Source: Campylobacter phage CP21
DNA: 24,000 nucleotides
Reading direction: 5' to 3' (one strand)
Sequence record: HE815464.1
In this document: piece after piece, positions 7,491 to 16,605 of the stretch
Numbering within the stretch: the stretch's first letter is position 1
Layout: every line of letters begins with the position of its first letter
Notes under the pieces: generated by a model
Told to the model about the DNA's origin: nothing
Databases searched by the model: none
Seen by the model: the letters and a program-made list of their open reading frames with translations, nothing else
Translations under genes and position numbers: made by a program

Positions 7491-7910
7491 CTACTTTGTA
7501 TTGTTTTTATCTAATCTATCCTTAATGCTTTCATTAATTTCTACAGTTATTTCAGATTTTAAGTCATTCTTGACTTCGGACTTAACTTCAGACTTTATAG
7601 CATCCTTAACATCATTCTTAATATTTTCAGCAAGTTTAGCTAAATCTTTATTTTTTTGTTTTTCTTTGAGTTGATCAATAATAACTTCTGGTTTTTTAGA
7701 ACAACCAATTAAACTACCATTAAGATCTTGTTGTGGTGTTACATAATTTCCCGTCGATAAGTATAAAACACCGTCTACACAAACTTGATTAATTCTGGAA
7801 TCCGAAGTTCCACGAACTTCTTTGCCTGTTTTATCGCTGGAATAATCAGATCCACACCCTATTATAAACAAAGCTAACAAAGCTATAACGAAACATTTTA
7901 GATTCTTCAT
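7491..7910 (-). CDS. Putative lipoprotein, 139 aa, only supported minus-strand gene
   Basis: Signal peptide MKNLKCFVIALLALFIIGCGS with lipobox IIGC; AGAGGG SD upstream on the minus strand; charged coiled-coil-like C-terminus. Confidence 0.75.
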   Translation of the reverse strand: MKNLKCFVIALLALFIIGCGSDYSSDKTGKEVRGTSDSRINQVCVDGVLYLSTGNYVTPQQDLNGSLIGCSKKPEVIIDQLKEKQKNKDLAKLAENIKNDVKDAIKSEVKSEVKNDLKSEITVEINESIKDRLDKNNTK

Positions 7911-7981
7911 AGACCCTCTTTTAATATTATTTATGATTTTATGATTTTTGATTTAAAACTTTAGTTTTGAATTAAGAATGT

Positions 7982-8004
7982 TTTAAGATATTTTATAATA
8001 TAAT
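7982..8004 (+). promoter_or_regulatory. Putative promoter TTTAAG-N11-TATAAT
   Basis: TTTAAG 7982-7987, TATAAT 7999-8004. Confidence 0.6.
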
Positions 8005-8022
8005 TACTCAAAGGAGATTGAA

Positions 8023-8212
8023 ATGAAAGTAATTTTTTTATAATTTAATAGCACAAATCAAAGGGCTTAAAATTCATAAAAATGAAAAAGATACTTGGTA
8101 TTTAAAATGGGATTTACACACCGGGTATTATATTGAAGGTTTAAATACTAAACGTAGATTATATTGTAGTGGATATTCTGATAGTTTAAACAAATTAAAA
8201 GATTTGTATTGA
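8023..8212 (+). CDS. Small ORF (about 62 aa) recovered only if one T is removed from T7 8033-8039
   Basis: AAAGGAG SD plus promoter upstream; corrected MKVIFYNLIAQIKGLKIHKNEKDTWYLKWDLHTGYYIEGLNTKRRLYCSGYSDSLNKLKDLY*. Confidence 0.55.
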
Positions 8213-8251
8213 AGCTTTGTATTAGTGTGAATAATAAAACGTTAAGAAACT

Positions 8252-8274
8252 TTTAAGATATTTTGCAATATAAT
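8252..8274 (+). promoter_or_regulatory. Putative promoter TTTAAG-N11-TATAAT
   Basis: TTTAAG 8252-8257, TATAAT 8269-8274; near copy of the 7982 promoter and SD. Confidence 0.6.
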
Positions 8275-8291
8275 TACATAAAGGAGATTCA

Positions 8292-9807
8292 ATGATCAAA
8301 AAATTAACCGATAGAGAACATATTCTAAAAAGACCTAGTATGTATATAGGTGCTATAGATTCTACAAATACAGAAGATTTTATTATAGAATCAGGTAAAA
8401 TTAAATACACTACTTTGAATTATGTACCCGGTTTAATTAAAATAATCAATGAGATTATCGATAATTCAGTAGATGCTGCAATTAGATCTAAATTTAAATC
8501 TGGCTTAAATATCAGTGTTAAAATATCTAATGATACTGTTAGCATTGAAGATGATGGAACTGGTATACCAGTAATAAAATCAGGTGACCACTATATGCCA
8601 GAACTAGCTTGGAATCACGCTAAAGCAGGTTCTAACTTCGATGATGATGCTAATCGTGTAACAATAGGTACCAACGGAGTTGGAAGTTATTGTACAAATG
8701 TTTGGAGTATTAATTTTAAAGGTATTACAGACGATGGTAAAAATAGATATATTTTTAAATCTAAAAACAATGCTGAAACTTATAGTGAAAATATAGAAGC
8801 TTCTAAAAAATCAGGAACTTTAGTAGAATTTAAACCAGATTTAGAAAGATTTAATCTTAAAGAAATCGATGAAACTCATAAGAATATAATCTATCAAAGA
8901 TTATTAAACTTAGCTATTTGTTACCCAGAAATTAATTTTAAATTTAATTCTAAAAAAATAGATTTTAAATCTTTTAAGAATTATTTAAATATGTTTAGTC
9001 CAGATTTTGAGTTATACGAAAATCAAAATATTAAAATTGGTATTATTCCAAATGAATTGGATGACTTTAAACAATTTAGTTTTGTCAATGGTTTAAAAAT
9101 ACCAGACGGTGGTGTCCATATAGATACTATTATGAGCAATGTAGTTCAAGGTATAAGAGATAAATTAGTTAAAAAATATAAAAGTATTAAACCTGGCGAT
9201 ATTAAAAATAAATTAATGATTGTTTGTTTTATTAATGAAATGCCAAATCTTAAATTTAATTCGCAGTCTAAAGAAAAAATTACAAACTCAGTAAAAGAAT
9301 TTAATGATTTTTCTAATATAGATTATAATTTCATCAATAAAATTCTTAAAAATAAATCTATTATAGATCCTATTATAGACATATATAAAGTTAAAGAAGC
9401 TTTAAATGCAGATAAAGCTCTTAAGAGTGTAGAAAAATCTAAGAAGTTAAAATCTAGAAAAATATTTTAGAGCAACAAAAAGTCAAAAATATCTTTGTAT
9501 TTGTGAAGGTTTTTCCGCTTATGGTGGTATATCACAAGTTCTTGGAAATGAACATACGAGCTTCTATGTTCTTAAAGGTAAACCATTAAATTCCTGGGAT
9601 GTCACTAATCAAAAATTTGCAGCCAATCGCGAATTATCTGAATTATATCAAATACTTTCTGAGAACGCAGAATTTGAAGATCTACAAGATGGTAAATTCT
9701 ATGAAGTCACAATAGATGGTAAAACATATATTATGAATGCAAATGATACAATTGAAATTAATAATATTAAATATAATTTCGAAGATCTACAAAAAGGATT
9801 GCAATGA
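8292..9807 (+). CDS. 39: Type II topoisomerase large subunit (T4 gp39-like), frame interrupted at T4 run 9465-9468
   Basis: GHKL ATPase features (EIIDNSVDAA, SIEDDGTGIP, GTNGVGSYCTNV); TOPRIM start YLCICEGFSAYGGISQVL only after removing one T. Confidence 0.88.
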
Positions 9808-10338
9808 GACCAGTTAGAATAGCAATTTCAGGAGCTCAATGTTCTGGTAAAACTACATTAATTAATTTAATGAAGAAACATAGTTATTTTAAGAATTTTG
9901 ATTTCATAGAATCATTTTCTAATAAAATAGCTAAAACAAACAAGAAACACTCAGAAAATACAAACTTAGCAACGCAGTTACAAATGTTATATTATAGTGT
10001 TAATGACTTTAAAAAATATAAATGCACCCACTGTACACGATAGATGTATTTTGGATGTTATAGTATATACAGGTATTAACAAAGACATCGGTTTAAAATT
10101 ATTTACAGATTCTTTAATAAAATATTATAAACAGTTCGATTTTATTTTTGTTTTAGATTCTGAAAATATACCATTAGAATCAAATGGTGTTAGATCAATA
10201 GACCCTGAATTTAGATCTAAAATAAACAATATTTTTAAGAAAGTAGACTTAGAAAACGTCGTTCACTTAGATTCTAAATTAGACCCAGATTCTAGGATAT
10301 TAAAAATAATCGAAGCTATAAAATCTAAAACTAATTAA
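9804..10338 (+). CDS. P-loop nucleotide kinase/ATPase-like (AAA_28-like), frame interrupted at A6 run 10011-10016
   Basis: RIAISGAQCSGKTTLINLM Walker A; one A removed joins DFK-NINAPTVHDRCILDVIVYTGINKDIG. Confidence 0.75.
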
Positions 10339-10349
10339 TAGGAGAAATA

Positions 10350-10808
10350 ATGGATTTGAATCTTTATATACATAAAACAAATGAAGATGCTGTAATACCA
10401 GAAATTGCTTATAATGGAACTTCAGCAGCATTTGATATTACTTGCACCGAAACAACTGAAATTAAACCAGGAGAATCAAAAGTTGTTCCAAATGGATTAA
10501 GAATTTCAATTGATGAAAAAGATCCTTTTTATATGACCGTTCATTTAAGAAGTTCTTTAGGTTTTAAAAAAGATCTAATTCCACATATTGGTATTATTGA
10601 CGCTGGATATACTGGAGATTTTGGAGTTAAAATTAATAATATTGGTAAAGAAACTATAGTTATTGAAAAAGGTTCAAGATATGCGCAAGTTTTAATTCAT
10701 AGAAAATATAGTTTTAAGTTCGTCGAACTTAATAATTCTGAATTCAAGGATTTTGAAGCTAAGCAAGAAAGAGGGTCTAAAGGATTTGGATCGAGTGGTA
10801 AATCTTAA
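10350..10808 (+). CDS. dut: dUTPase
   Basis: SAAFDI, RSSLGFK, GIIDAGYTGDFGVKI, GSRYAQ and ERGSKGFGSSG cover trimeric dUTPase motifs. Confidence 0.92.
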   Translation: MDLNLYIHKTNEDAVIPEIAYNGTSAAFDITCTETTEIKPGESKVVPNGLRISIDEKDPFYMTVHLRSSLGFKKDLIPHIGIIDAGYTGDFGVKINNIGKETIVIEKGSRYAQVLIHRKYSFKFVELNNSEFKDFEAKQERGSKGFGSSGKS

Positions 10809-10849
10809 AAGATTTGCACATTTTAATAATTCTTAATAAGGATTTAAGT

Positions 10850-11092
10850 ATGAATACAATAAAATTTTATCATAGACAAAAGGAATATATAGTTCAATCT
10901 CAAAATATTAATCAACATACATTTAATAAGAACTATAATAAAGTTCTAGCATTATTAAATGAAAATGAAATTAAATCTATTAATGAATGTGAATTAATAC
11001 CAGCGGGTAAAACTGATATTTTAAAATTATCTGCAATGGGTAGTGATGGGTTAATACAAGAGTTTGAATTAAGATTAGAAAACGTTTATTAA
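10850..11092 (+). CDS. Hypothetical protein, 80 aa
   Basis: Start at ATG 10850 has an AAGG SD; the supplied ORF starts at 10814. Confidence 0.55.
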   Translation: MNTIKFYHRQKEYIVQSQNINQHTFNKNYNKVLALLNENEIKSINECELIPAGKTDILKLSAMGSDGLIQEFELRLENVY

Positions 11093-11104
11093 TAGGAGAT
11101 ATAG

Positions 11105-12181
11105 GTGTTAGACTTTGTAGATATTAAGTATTTTAAGTTAGCAGTTCCTGGACCTTATAAAGAAAGTTCTTTGGATATTGCTGTTAAATGTCCAATTTGC
11201 GGAGACTCAAAATATAAAAAATCTGTTAAAAGACTACACCTATATGAAAAACAAGGAGTTACTTTAGTCCATTGTTTTAATGGTGATTGTGAATTAAATA
11301 CTCAAATGAGTTTAAGTAATTTCTTAAAGATTTATAAACCAGAATTATTATTGCCGTATAAATCAGAGAATTTTAAATTTAAAATTAATTCAATTGATTC
11401 TAGTACCAAATCTAACATAGAAAGTAATAATGAAATAGAGACTATGAAGTCTTGTTTTGATTCTAGTGCTAGCAATACTAGCGATTCTAATGAATCTAGC
11501 AATACAAGTATTGAAAACATTACTAGCTCTACTAGCATTGAAAGCGCCAACAATGGGTTCAAATATATTAACTTAACTTCAGTGTTAGACACTAATACAA
11601 GTAAACAAATAGAGTTTTTAAAATCTCGTGGGTTTAACGATGATACTATTAACTTTTTAGATTTTTATAATGGTACTAAATCTTTCAATTTAAATGGTGT
11701 TTATTATGGAATTAAAGATTATCTCGTAATTCCGTTTTCTAAAAATTCAAATTATTATGGGTTCTATGCAAGATCTTTGACTGAAAAAAGATTTATTAAT
11801 TTTACATTGAATCAAAATTATGGAGTTTGGAATCTATTTAATATTGATTTAAATAAACCAGTTTTTATATTTGAAGCTATTCTCGATGCTTTGTCTTTTA
11901 GACAAATATACAGAACTAATCAAATAATAGCTTTAAATACTTCCACAATAGCAAAGAATGTTTTAGATTTAATAAAGTACCCTTTCTTTTGTTTAGATAA
12001 CGACAAAGTTGGAATTGAAAAAATGATAAAATATAATTCGATACCAGATAGTCATTTTATATGTTATCCAAATGATTTAACACAAAAAGATTTTAATGAA
12101 ATGCTTCAAAATAATATTAAAATAGAACTTGTTTTTAAGAAAGGCTTCGGCGCTTTATTACATTTAAAATCTTTATTATGA
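11105..12181 (+). CDS. 61: DNA primase (DnaG/T4 gp61-like) with Ser/Asn-rich linker
   Basis: GTG start; zinc-binding CPICGDS...CFNGDC; TOPRIM-like VFIFEAILDALSFRQ...FFCLDNDKVG. Confidence 0.8.
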   Translation: MLDFVDIKYFKLAVPGPYKESSLDIAVKCPICGDSKYKKSVKRLHLYEKQGVTLVHCFNGDCELNTQMSLSNFLKIYKPELLLPYKSENFKFKINSIDSSTKSNIESNNEIETMKSCFDSSASNTSDSNESSNTSIENITSSTSIESANNGFKYINLTSVLDTNTSKQIEFLKSRGFNDDTINFLDFYNGTKSFNLNGVYYGIKDYLVIPFSKNSNYYGFYARSLTEKRFINFTLNQNYGVWNLFNIDLNKPVFIFEAILDALSFRQIYRTNQIIALNTSTIAKNVLDLIKYPFFCLDNDKVGIEKMIKYNSIPDSHFICYPNDLTQKDFNEMLQNNIKIELVFKKGFGALLHLKSLL

Positions 12182-12210
12182 TTTTAATTATAAATAAAAA
12201 GGATAATAAA

Positions 12211-13790
12211 ATGGTAAAAAGACAAAAGAGTATCGAAAATATAGTACTTAATTTTCCATCCAAAAATTGTGTATTAAAGGAAGTTCCATCAAAAGGCGAG
12301 AAAAATAATGAGATTTTCTTTGATAATATTTTAAATAAAAATGAAATAGACACACTTTTCAGTCCAAAAGTTTTAGGGAGTTTTGAATTAATTGGCAACG
12401 GTGATTTGAAAACCACTCTTAAAAATAATCCTAATTTATTAATAAAAGGCGACAATTTAATTGGCTTACATTCTTTAAAAAAGAAATTTGCGAATAAAGT
12501 TAAACTTATCTATATTGATCCACCTTATAATACAGGCAATACTAGTTTTAATTATAACGACAAATTTAAACACACTACTTGGCTTACTTTTATGAAAAAT
12601 CGCCTTGAAATTGCTAGGGAATTTTTAAGAGATGATGGTGTAATATTCGTTCAATGTGACGATAACGAGCAAGCGTATTTAAAAGTACTTATGGATGATA
12701 TATTTGGTAGAGAGAATTTTGTTAATTGTATTGTAGTCAAGATGAACGAATCTAAAGGATTAAAAAATGCTAATTGTCATAAAAAATTACCGAAAAATAA
12801 AGAATACATTCTACTTTATAAAAAACAAGATAATAAATCTGTATTAAAACAAATTAGATTAAAAAAATCACAAAATAAATTATCATCATATATTAAATTT
12901 TATAACAAATACATTCCAAATATTGAAAGCGATTATAAAGAATGGGAAATAAAATATTTTGACCCAAAATTAAATAAACAAGATTATTTTAAAAACTTGA
13001 TATATTTAGTAAAACCTGATAATAACATTAATATTAATATGGAAGAAGGGACTTTTGAAAAAATAATAAATTCAAAAGGTAGAACACATTATTATTATAT
13101 GAATAATGGTGTAATTATGAAAGTTTTGTTTTTAAATGAAAATCTTGATTATACTTTAGGTGATTTATGGACAGACATATCTACAATTAACATTTGTAAA
13201 GAAGGACTGAAAACAACTATTAAAAATAGGACAAAAACCTGAAGTATTATTACAAAGAATTATAGAATCAAGTACAAATGAAAACGACATAGTAATGGAC
13301 TTTTTTTGCAGGAAGTGGCACTACCCTAGCTGTTGCCCATAAAATGAAACGCAAATGGATAGGCATAGAACAAATGGATTATATAGAAACTATCACAAAA
13401 GAAAGACTCAAAAAAGTCATAGAAGGTGAGCAAGGTGGTATCAGCAAAGCAGTAAATTGGCAAGGTGGTGGAAGTTTTGTTTATGCTGAACTTATGCCAC
13501 TTAATGCAATTTATAAAGAAAAAATACAAAATTTAAATGATGAAAAAGAATTAGATAACATTTACCAAGAGTTAAAAACTAAAGCTTTTTTAGATTATAG
13601 AGTAGACATAAATAAAATTTTAAAAGATAAAGAATTTGAAAATTTAGACTTAGAAAGCAAAAAAGAAATTTTAAAACTTGTTTTAGATTCTAATATGGAT
13701 TATGTTTTGTATGGTGATATAAAAGATGAAGATTATGGTATATCTGAAGAAATAATAAAACTTAATAAAATATTTTATGAGGAGTGCTAA
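12211..13790 (+). CDS. Adenine-specific DNA methyltransferase (type III Mod-like), interrupted by two apparent +1 indels
   Basis: KLIYIDPPYNTGNTSFNYNDKFKHTTW and, after two corrections, DFFAGSGTTLAVAHKMKRKWIGIEQMDYIE. SD AAAGGA before ATG 12211. Confidence 0.85.
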
Positions 13791-13920
13791 ACATTCTTAA
13801 GATATAAAATCTGTAAAAATTTGTATCATTTCATAGATTTGGGTCGTATTTAAATTTAATAATCCACTATGGTGTAAGTTTATATTAATGTTATAATTTT
13901 AAATTAAATTTTAATTTTGT

Positions 13921-13943
13921 ATCAAGCTAAAATATATTATAAT
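13921..13943 (+). promoter_or_regulatory. Possible weak promoter (ATCAAG-N11-TATAAT)
   Basis: Same 11-nt geometry as other promoters upstream of the clamp-loader gene. Confidence 0.35.
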
Positions 13944-13967
13944 TAAGAAAATATTAAAAGGAGTTCA

Positions 13968-14882
13968 ATGACAGTAGATTTAAAACACGATATTTGGGTA
14001 GAAAAATATCGTCCTCAAAAAATTGATGACTTAATTTTACCAAATGTTTATTTAGATAAATTTAGAAAATATATTGAAAAACCGTCAAACATTTTATTAA
14101 GTTCAGTAAACCCAGGAACAGGAAAAACAAGCACAGCACAAGCCATTATAAAAGAAGGTAATTTTGAATCTTTATATATTAACGCTTCATTAGAATCTGG
14201 TATTGATACTATGAGAAGTAAAATATTACAATTTGCTAGTACTGAAAGCTTTGATGGAAAACCTAAAATTGTTTTAGCAGATGAATTTGACTACTTTGGC
14301 CAAAATGGTCAAGCAGCTGCAAGAGCACTTATTGAAGAAGTTGCTGCTAATTGTAGATTCATATTAACTTGTAATTATGTTTCTAATATAATGCCTCCTA
14401 TAGTTAACAGATTTGAAGTATTTGATTTTGATGTTGTTCACGCTTCTAATAAACAAGAACTTGTTCAAAAAGCTTTTAATTTACTAAAAGAAATCTTAGA
14501 TAATGAAAAAGTTTCTTATACAAATGAGGATCTTGTTAATATTATTAAGAACTATTATCCAAGTATAAGAGGTATGATTGCTTGTTTACAAAAATGTAAT
14601 TTCAATAATAAATTAGTTCTTGACATTCAAAAAGATTCTGATTTTGAAGGTTTAATTAACTTAATTAGATCTCGCGATTTCGATAATTTAATGAAAGTAG
14701 TTTATGGTTTAACAAACCCAGATGCTTTTTATGAATATGCATTTAAAAAATTAGATATTCAAAATAATAATAAACCACAAGCTATCATAATACTAGCTAA
14801 ATATCAATACCAAAGTGCTTTCTCAAGAGATAGAAACTTAAATTTAGCTGCTTGTATTATGGAATTAGCACCATTATTGTAA
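13968..14882 (+). CDS. 44: Sliding clamp loader ATPase subunit (T4 gp44-like)
   Basis: WVEKYRPQKIDDLILP, NPGTGKTSTAQ, LADEFD, RFILTCNY. Confidence 0.92.
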   Translation: MTVDLKHDIWVEKYRPQKIDDLILPNVYLDKFRKYIEKPSNILLSSVNPGTGKTSTAQAIIKEGNFESLYINASLESGIDTMRSKILQFASTESFDGKPKIVLADEFDYFGQNGQAAARALIEEVAANCRFILTCNYVSNIMPPIVNRFEVFDFDVVHASNKQELVQKAFNLLKEILDNEKVSYTNEDLVNIIKNYYPSIRGMIACLQKCNFNNKLVLDIQKDSDFEGLINLIRSRDFDNLMKVVYGLTNPDAFYEYAFKKLDIQNNNKPQAIIILAKYQYQSAFSRDRNLNLAACIMELAPLL

Positions 14883-14891
14883 GGATTATAT

Positions 14892-15950
14892 ATGATTTTA
14901 TATGATTTAAGTTCTTTGATTCACAGAGCTTTACATACTAGTATTAAGCAAATGAATCCACATAAAAAAGACGGTAAATATATTACTGAAGAATTCATAA
15001 GTGGGACTATTTTTAGAATTATAGAAGAATTATTAGAAAATTATAGACTTTATAGAGGTAAATATAATACTATGGTTATTTGTATAGATGATCATAGTGT
15101 TCCATATTGGAGAAAATCTTTATATCCAGATTATAAAGCTCAAAGAAAAACTCAAAGAGAAGAATCTGAAGTTAATTTTAAAGAAGTTTATAAACATATT
15201 AATATACTAATTAGAATTCTAAATGATTATACACCATTTAAAGCTATTGGTGTCCCAGGAGCTGAAGCTGATGATATCATTGGTGTATTAACTAGGAAGT
15301 TCTGCAAAGCAGAATCTATTTTAATTCTGAGTCCCGATAAAGACTTTAAACAATTGCATAAATTAGGCGATATAAAACAATATTCAGCAATAACTAATAA
15401 ATGGATCATCAATGATGACCCAGAAGGTTGGGAAAGAATACATTGTTGTTTAGGTGATGCTGCCGATAATGTACCACGTGTTGTGGATTTTTCTGAATTT
15501 ACACCTGAGTTTAAAGCTTATTATCAAGGAACTGAATTAGATTTCTATAAGTTAGATGAAAACTTAAAACTAGGTATTATTAATAATTTTAATGAAGTTT
15601 ATCCTGATGTTGAAGTTTATAAAAAACAAAGATTTGGTGAAGCTGCTTTAAATAAAAAGATTAAAGAGTTTGGTTCTTTAGACGCCTTCTTAGATTCTAA
15701 CGAAATATATAGACTTAATTATAATCGTAATTATAAGTTAGTTATGGATAGTGAAATACCTATTGATATTGAATTAGAAATCTTAAAGAAATATACAGAA
15801 TCTAGTACAGATTTTAATATGGAAAATCTTAATAAGTATTTTTCATTTTATAATATAACTACTTGTAGTCAATGGTTTAGTCAATTATGGAATGAAATGA
15901 GTAAACCTATAGAAATGACACCTTGGAATGTGGATTTTAGTAAGATCTAA
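14892..15950 (+). CDS. rnh: 5'-3' exonuclease / RNase H (T4 Rnh-like)
   Basis: MILYDLSSLIHRALH, YRGKYNTMVICIDD, WRKSLYPDYKAQR, PGAEADDIIGVL, LSPDKDFKQL, GDAADNVPR. Confidence 0.9.
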   Translation: MILYDLSSLIHRALHTSIKQMNPHKKDGKYITEEFISGTIFRIIEELLENYRLYRGKYNTMVICIDDHSVPYWRKSLYPDYKAQRKTQREESEVNFKEVYKHINILIRILNDYTPFKAIGVPGAEADDIIGVLTRKFCKAESILILSPDKDFKQLHKLGDIKQYSAITNKWIINDDPEGWERIHCCLGDAADNVPRVVDFSEFTPEFKAYYQGTELDFYKLDENLKLGIINNFNEVYPDVEVYKKQRFGEAALNKKIKEFGSLDAFLDSNEIYRLNYNRNYKLVMDSEIPIDIELEILKKYTESSTDFNMENLNKYFSFYNITTCSQWFSQLWNEMSKPIEMTPWNVDFSKI

Positions 15951-16012
15951 AATCCCTTCATATCTTAACAAAAACAGGGTTTAAATCAATTTTAAATTAA
16001 AGGGGTAATTAT

Positions 16013-16561
16013 ATGACATTCTTGACTGGAGGAAATGGTTATTTAGCCAGTTTATTAAGCAAATATACCAAGGATATAGATTATATGGCTATTTTTGGGT
16101 GTCCTAGCAGCACCAAAGATATAGATTTAAACCCAAAGAGGTTAGCTTCTACATTAGATACTATTGTTGCAGCCAAAGAGTTCGATCGTAAGATTATTTT
16201 TGCGAGTTCAATGGGTTCTAATTATCCTGGTTTACCAGGAACTCAAGGATATTATAATCGTTATAAAAATGTTGCAGAACATTATATAACAAATATGTAT
16301 AATGATTATTTGATTTATAAAATTCCAAGAGTTTATGGGCCTAATAAAGTTAAAGGTATTTTTAAGACTTTAAAAGATGGAACTTATGATGGTTCTTTAG
16401 ACACTAAAATCGATTATATTAATGAAAAAGATTTTATTACTTGGTTTGTAGAAAACACAGATTCTAATAATAAAATAATAGAATATAATAAAGATTTTAG
16501 AAGTATTAAAGTTAGTGATCTTAAAGATTTAATACTTAATAATGCTTTACATTTGTTATAA
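16013..16561 (+). CDS. NAD-dependent epimerase/dehydratase-like short protein
   Basis: FLTGGNGYLASLL Rossmann start, IIFASSMG, YYNRYKNVAE (YxxxK), KIPRVYGP. SD AGGGG. Confidence 0.75.
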   Translation: MTFLTGGNGYLASLLSKYTKDIDYMAIFGCPSSTKDIDLNPKRLASTLDTIVAAKEFDRKIIFASSMGSNYPGLPGTQGYYNRYKNVAEHYITNMYNDYLIYKIPRVYGPNKVKGIFKTLKDGTYDGSLDTKIDYINEKDFITWFVENTDSNNKIIEYNKDFRSIKVSDLKDLILNNALHLL

Positions 16562-16579
16562 ATTATATTATAGATCGGA

Positions 16580-16587
16580 AATAAATA
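16580..16587 (+). promoter_or_regulatory. Possible T4-like late promoter (AATAAATA)
   Basis: AATAAATA 18 nt upstream of GTG 16606. Confidence 0.35.
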
Positions 16588-16605
16588 TCCAAAAAAGGCT
16601 CAGCA

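Noticed and set aside
7477-7674. + strand ORF opposite the lipoprotein
   Set aside because: MLSVRYFVLFLSNLSLMLSLI... is the reverse side of a Lys/Glu-rich coiled coil; hydrophobicity is an artefact.
13326-13529. Minus-strand 67-aa ORF inside the methyltransferase, and other antisense ORFs at 8222, 11332, 12135, 15227, 16635, 19165, 23124 and 23719 plus + strand leftovers
   Set aside because: All antisense to well-supported genes in an AT-rich sequence; no independent signals.
12211-13790. Complete restriction-modification system
   Set aside because: No restriction subunit (Res/helicase) in the window; only the methyltransferase is supported.
13791-13967. tRNA or structured RNA in the gap before the clamp-loader gene
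   Set aside because: No cloverleaf, T-loop GTTCRANNC or CCA-like acceptor seen by eye on either strand; only AT-rich sequence with a weak promoter. Running tRNAscan-SE or Infernal would be decisive.
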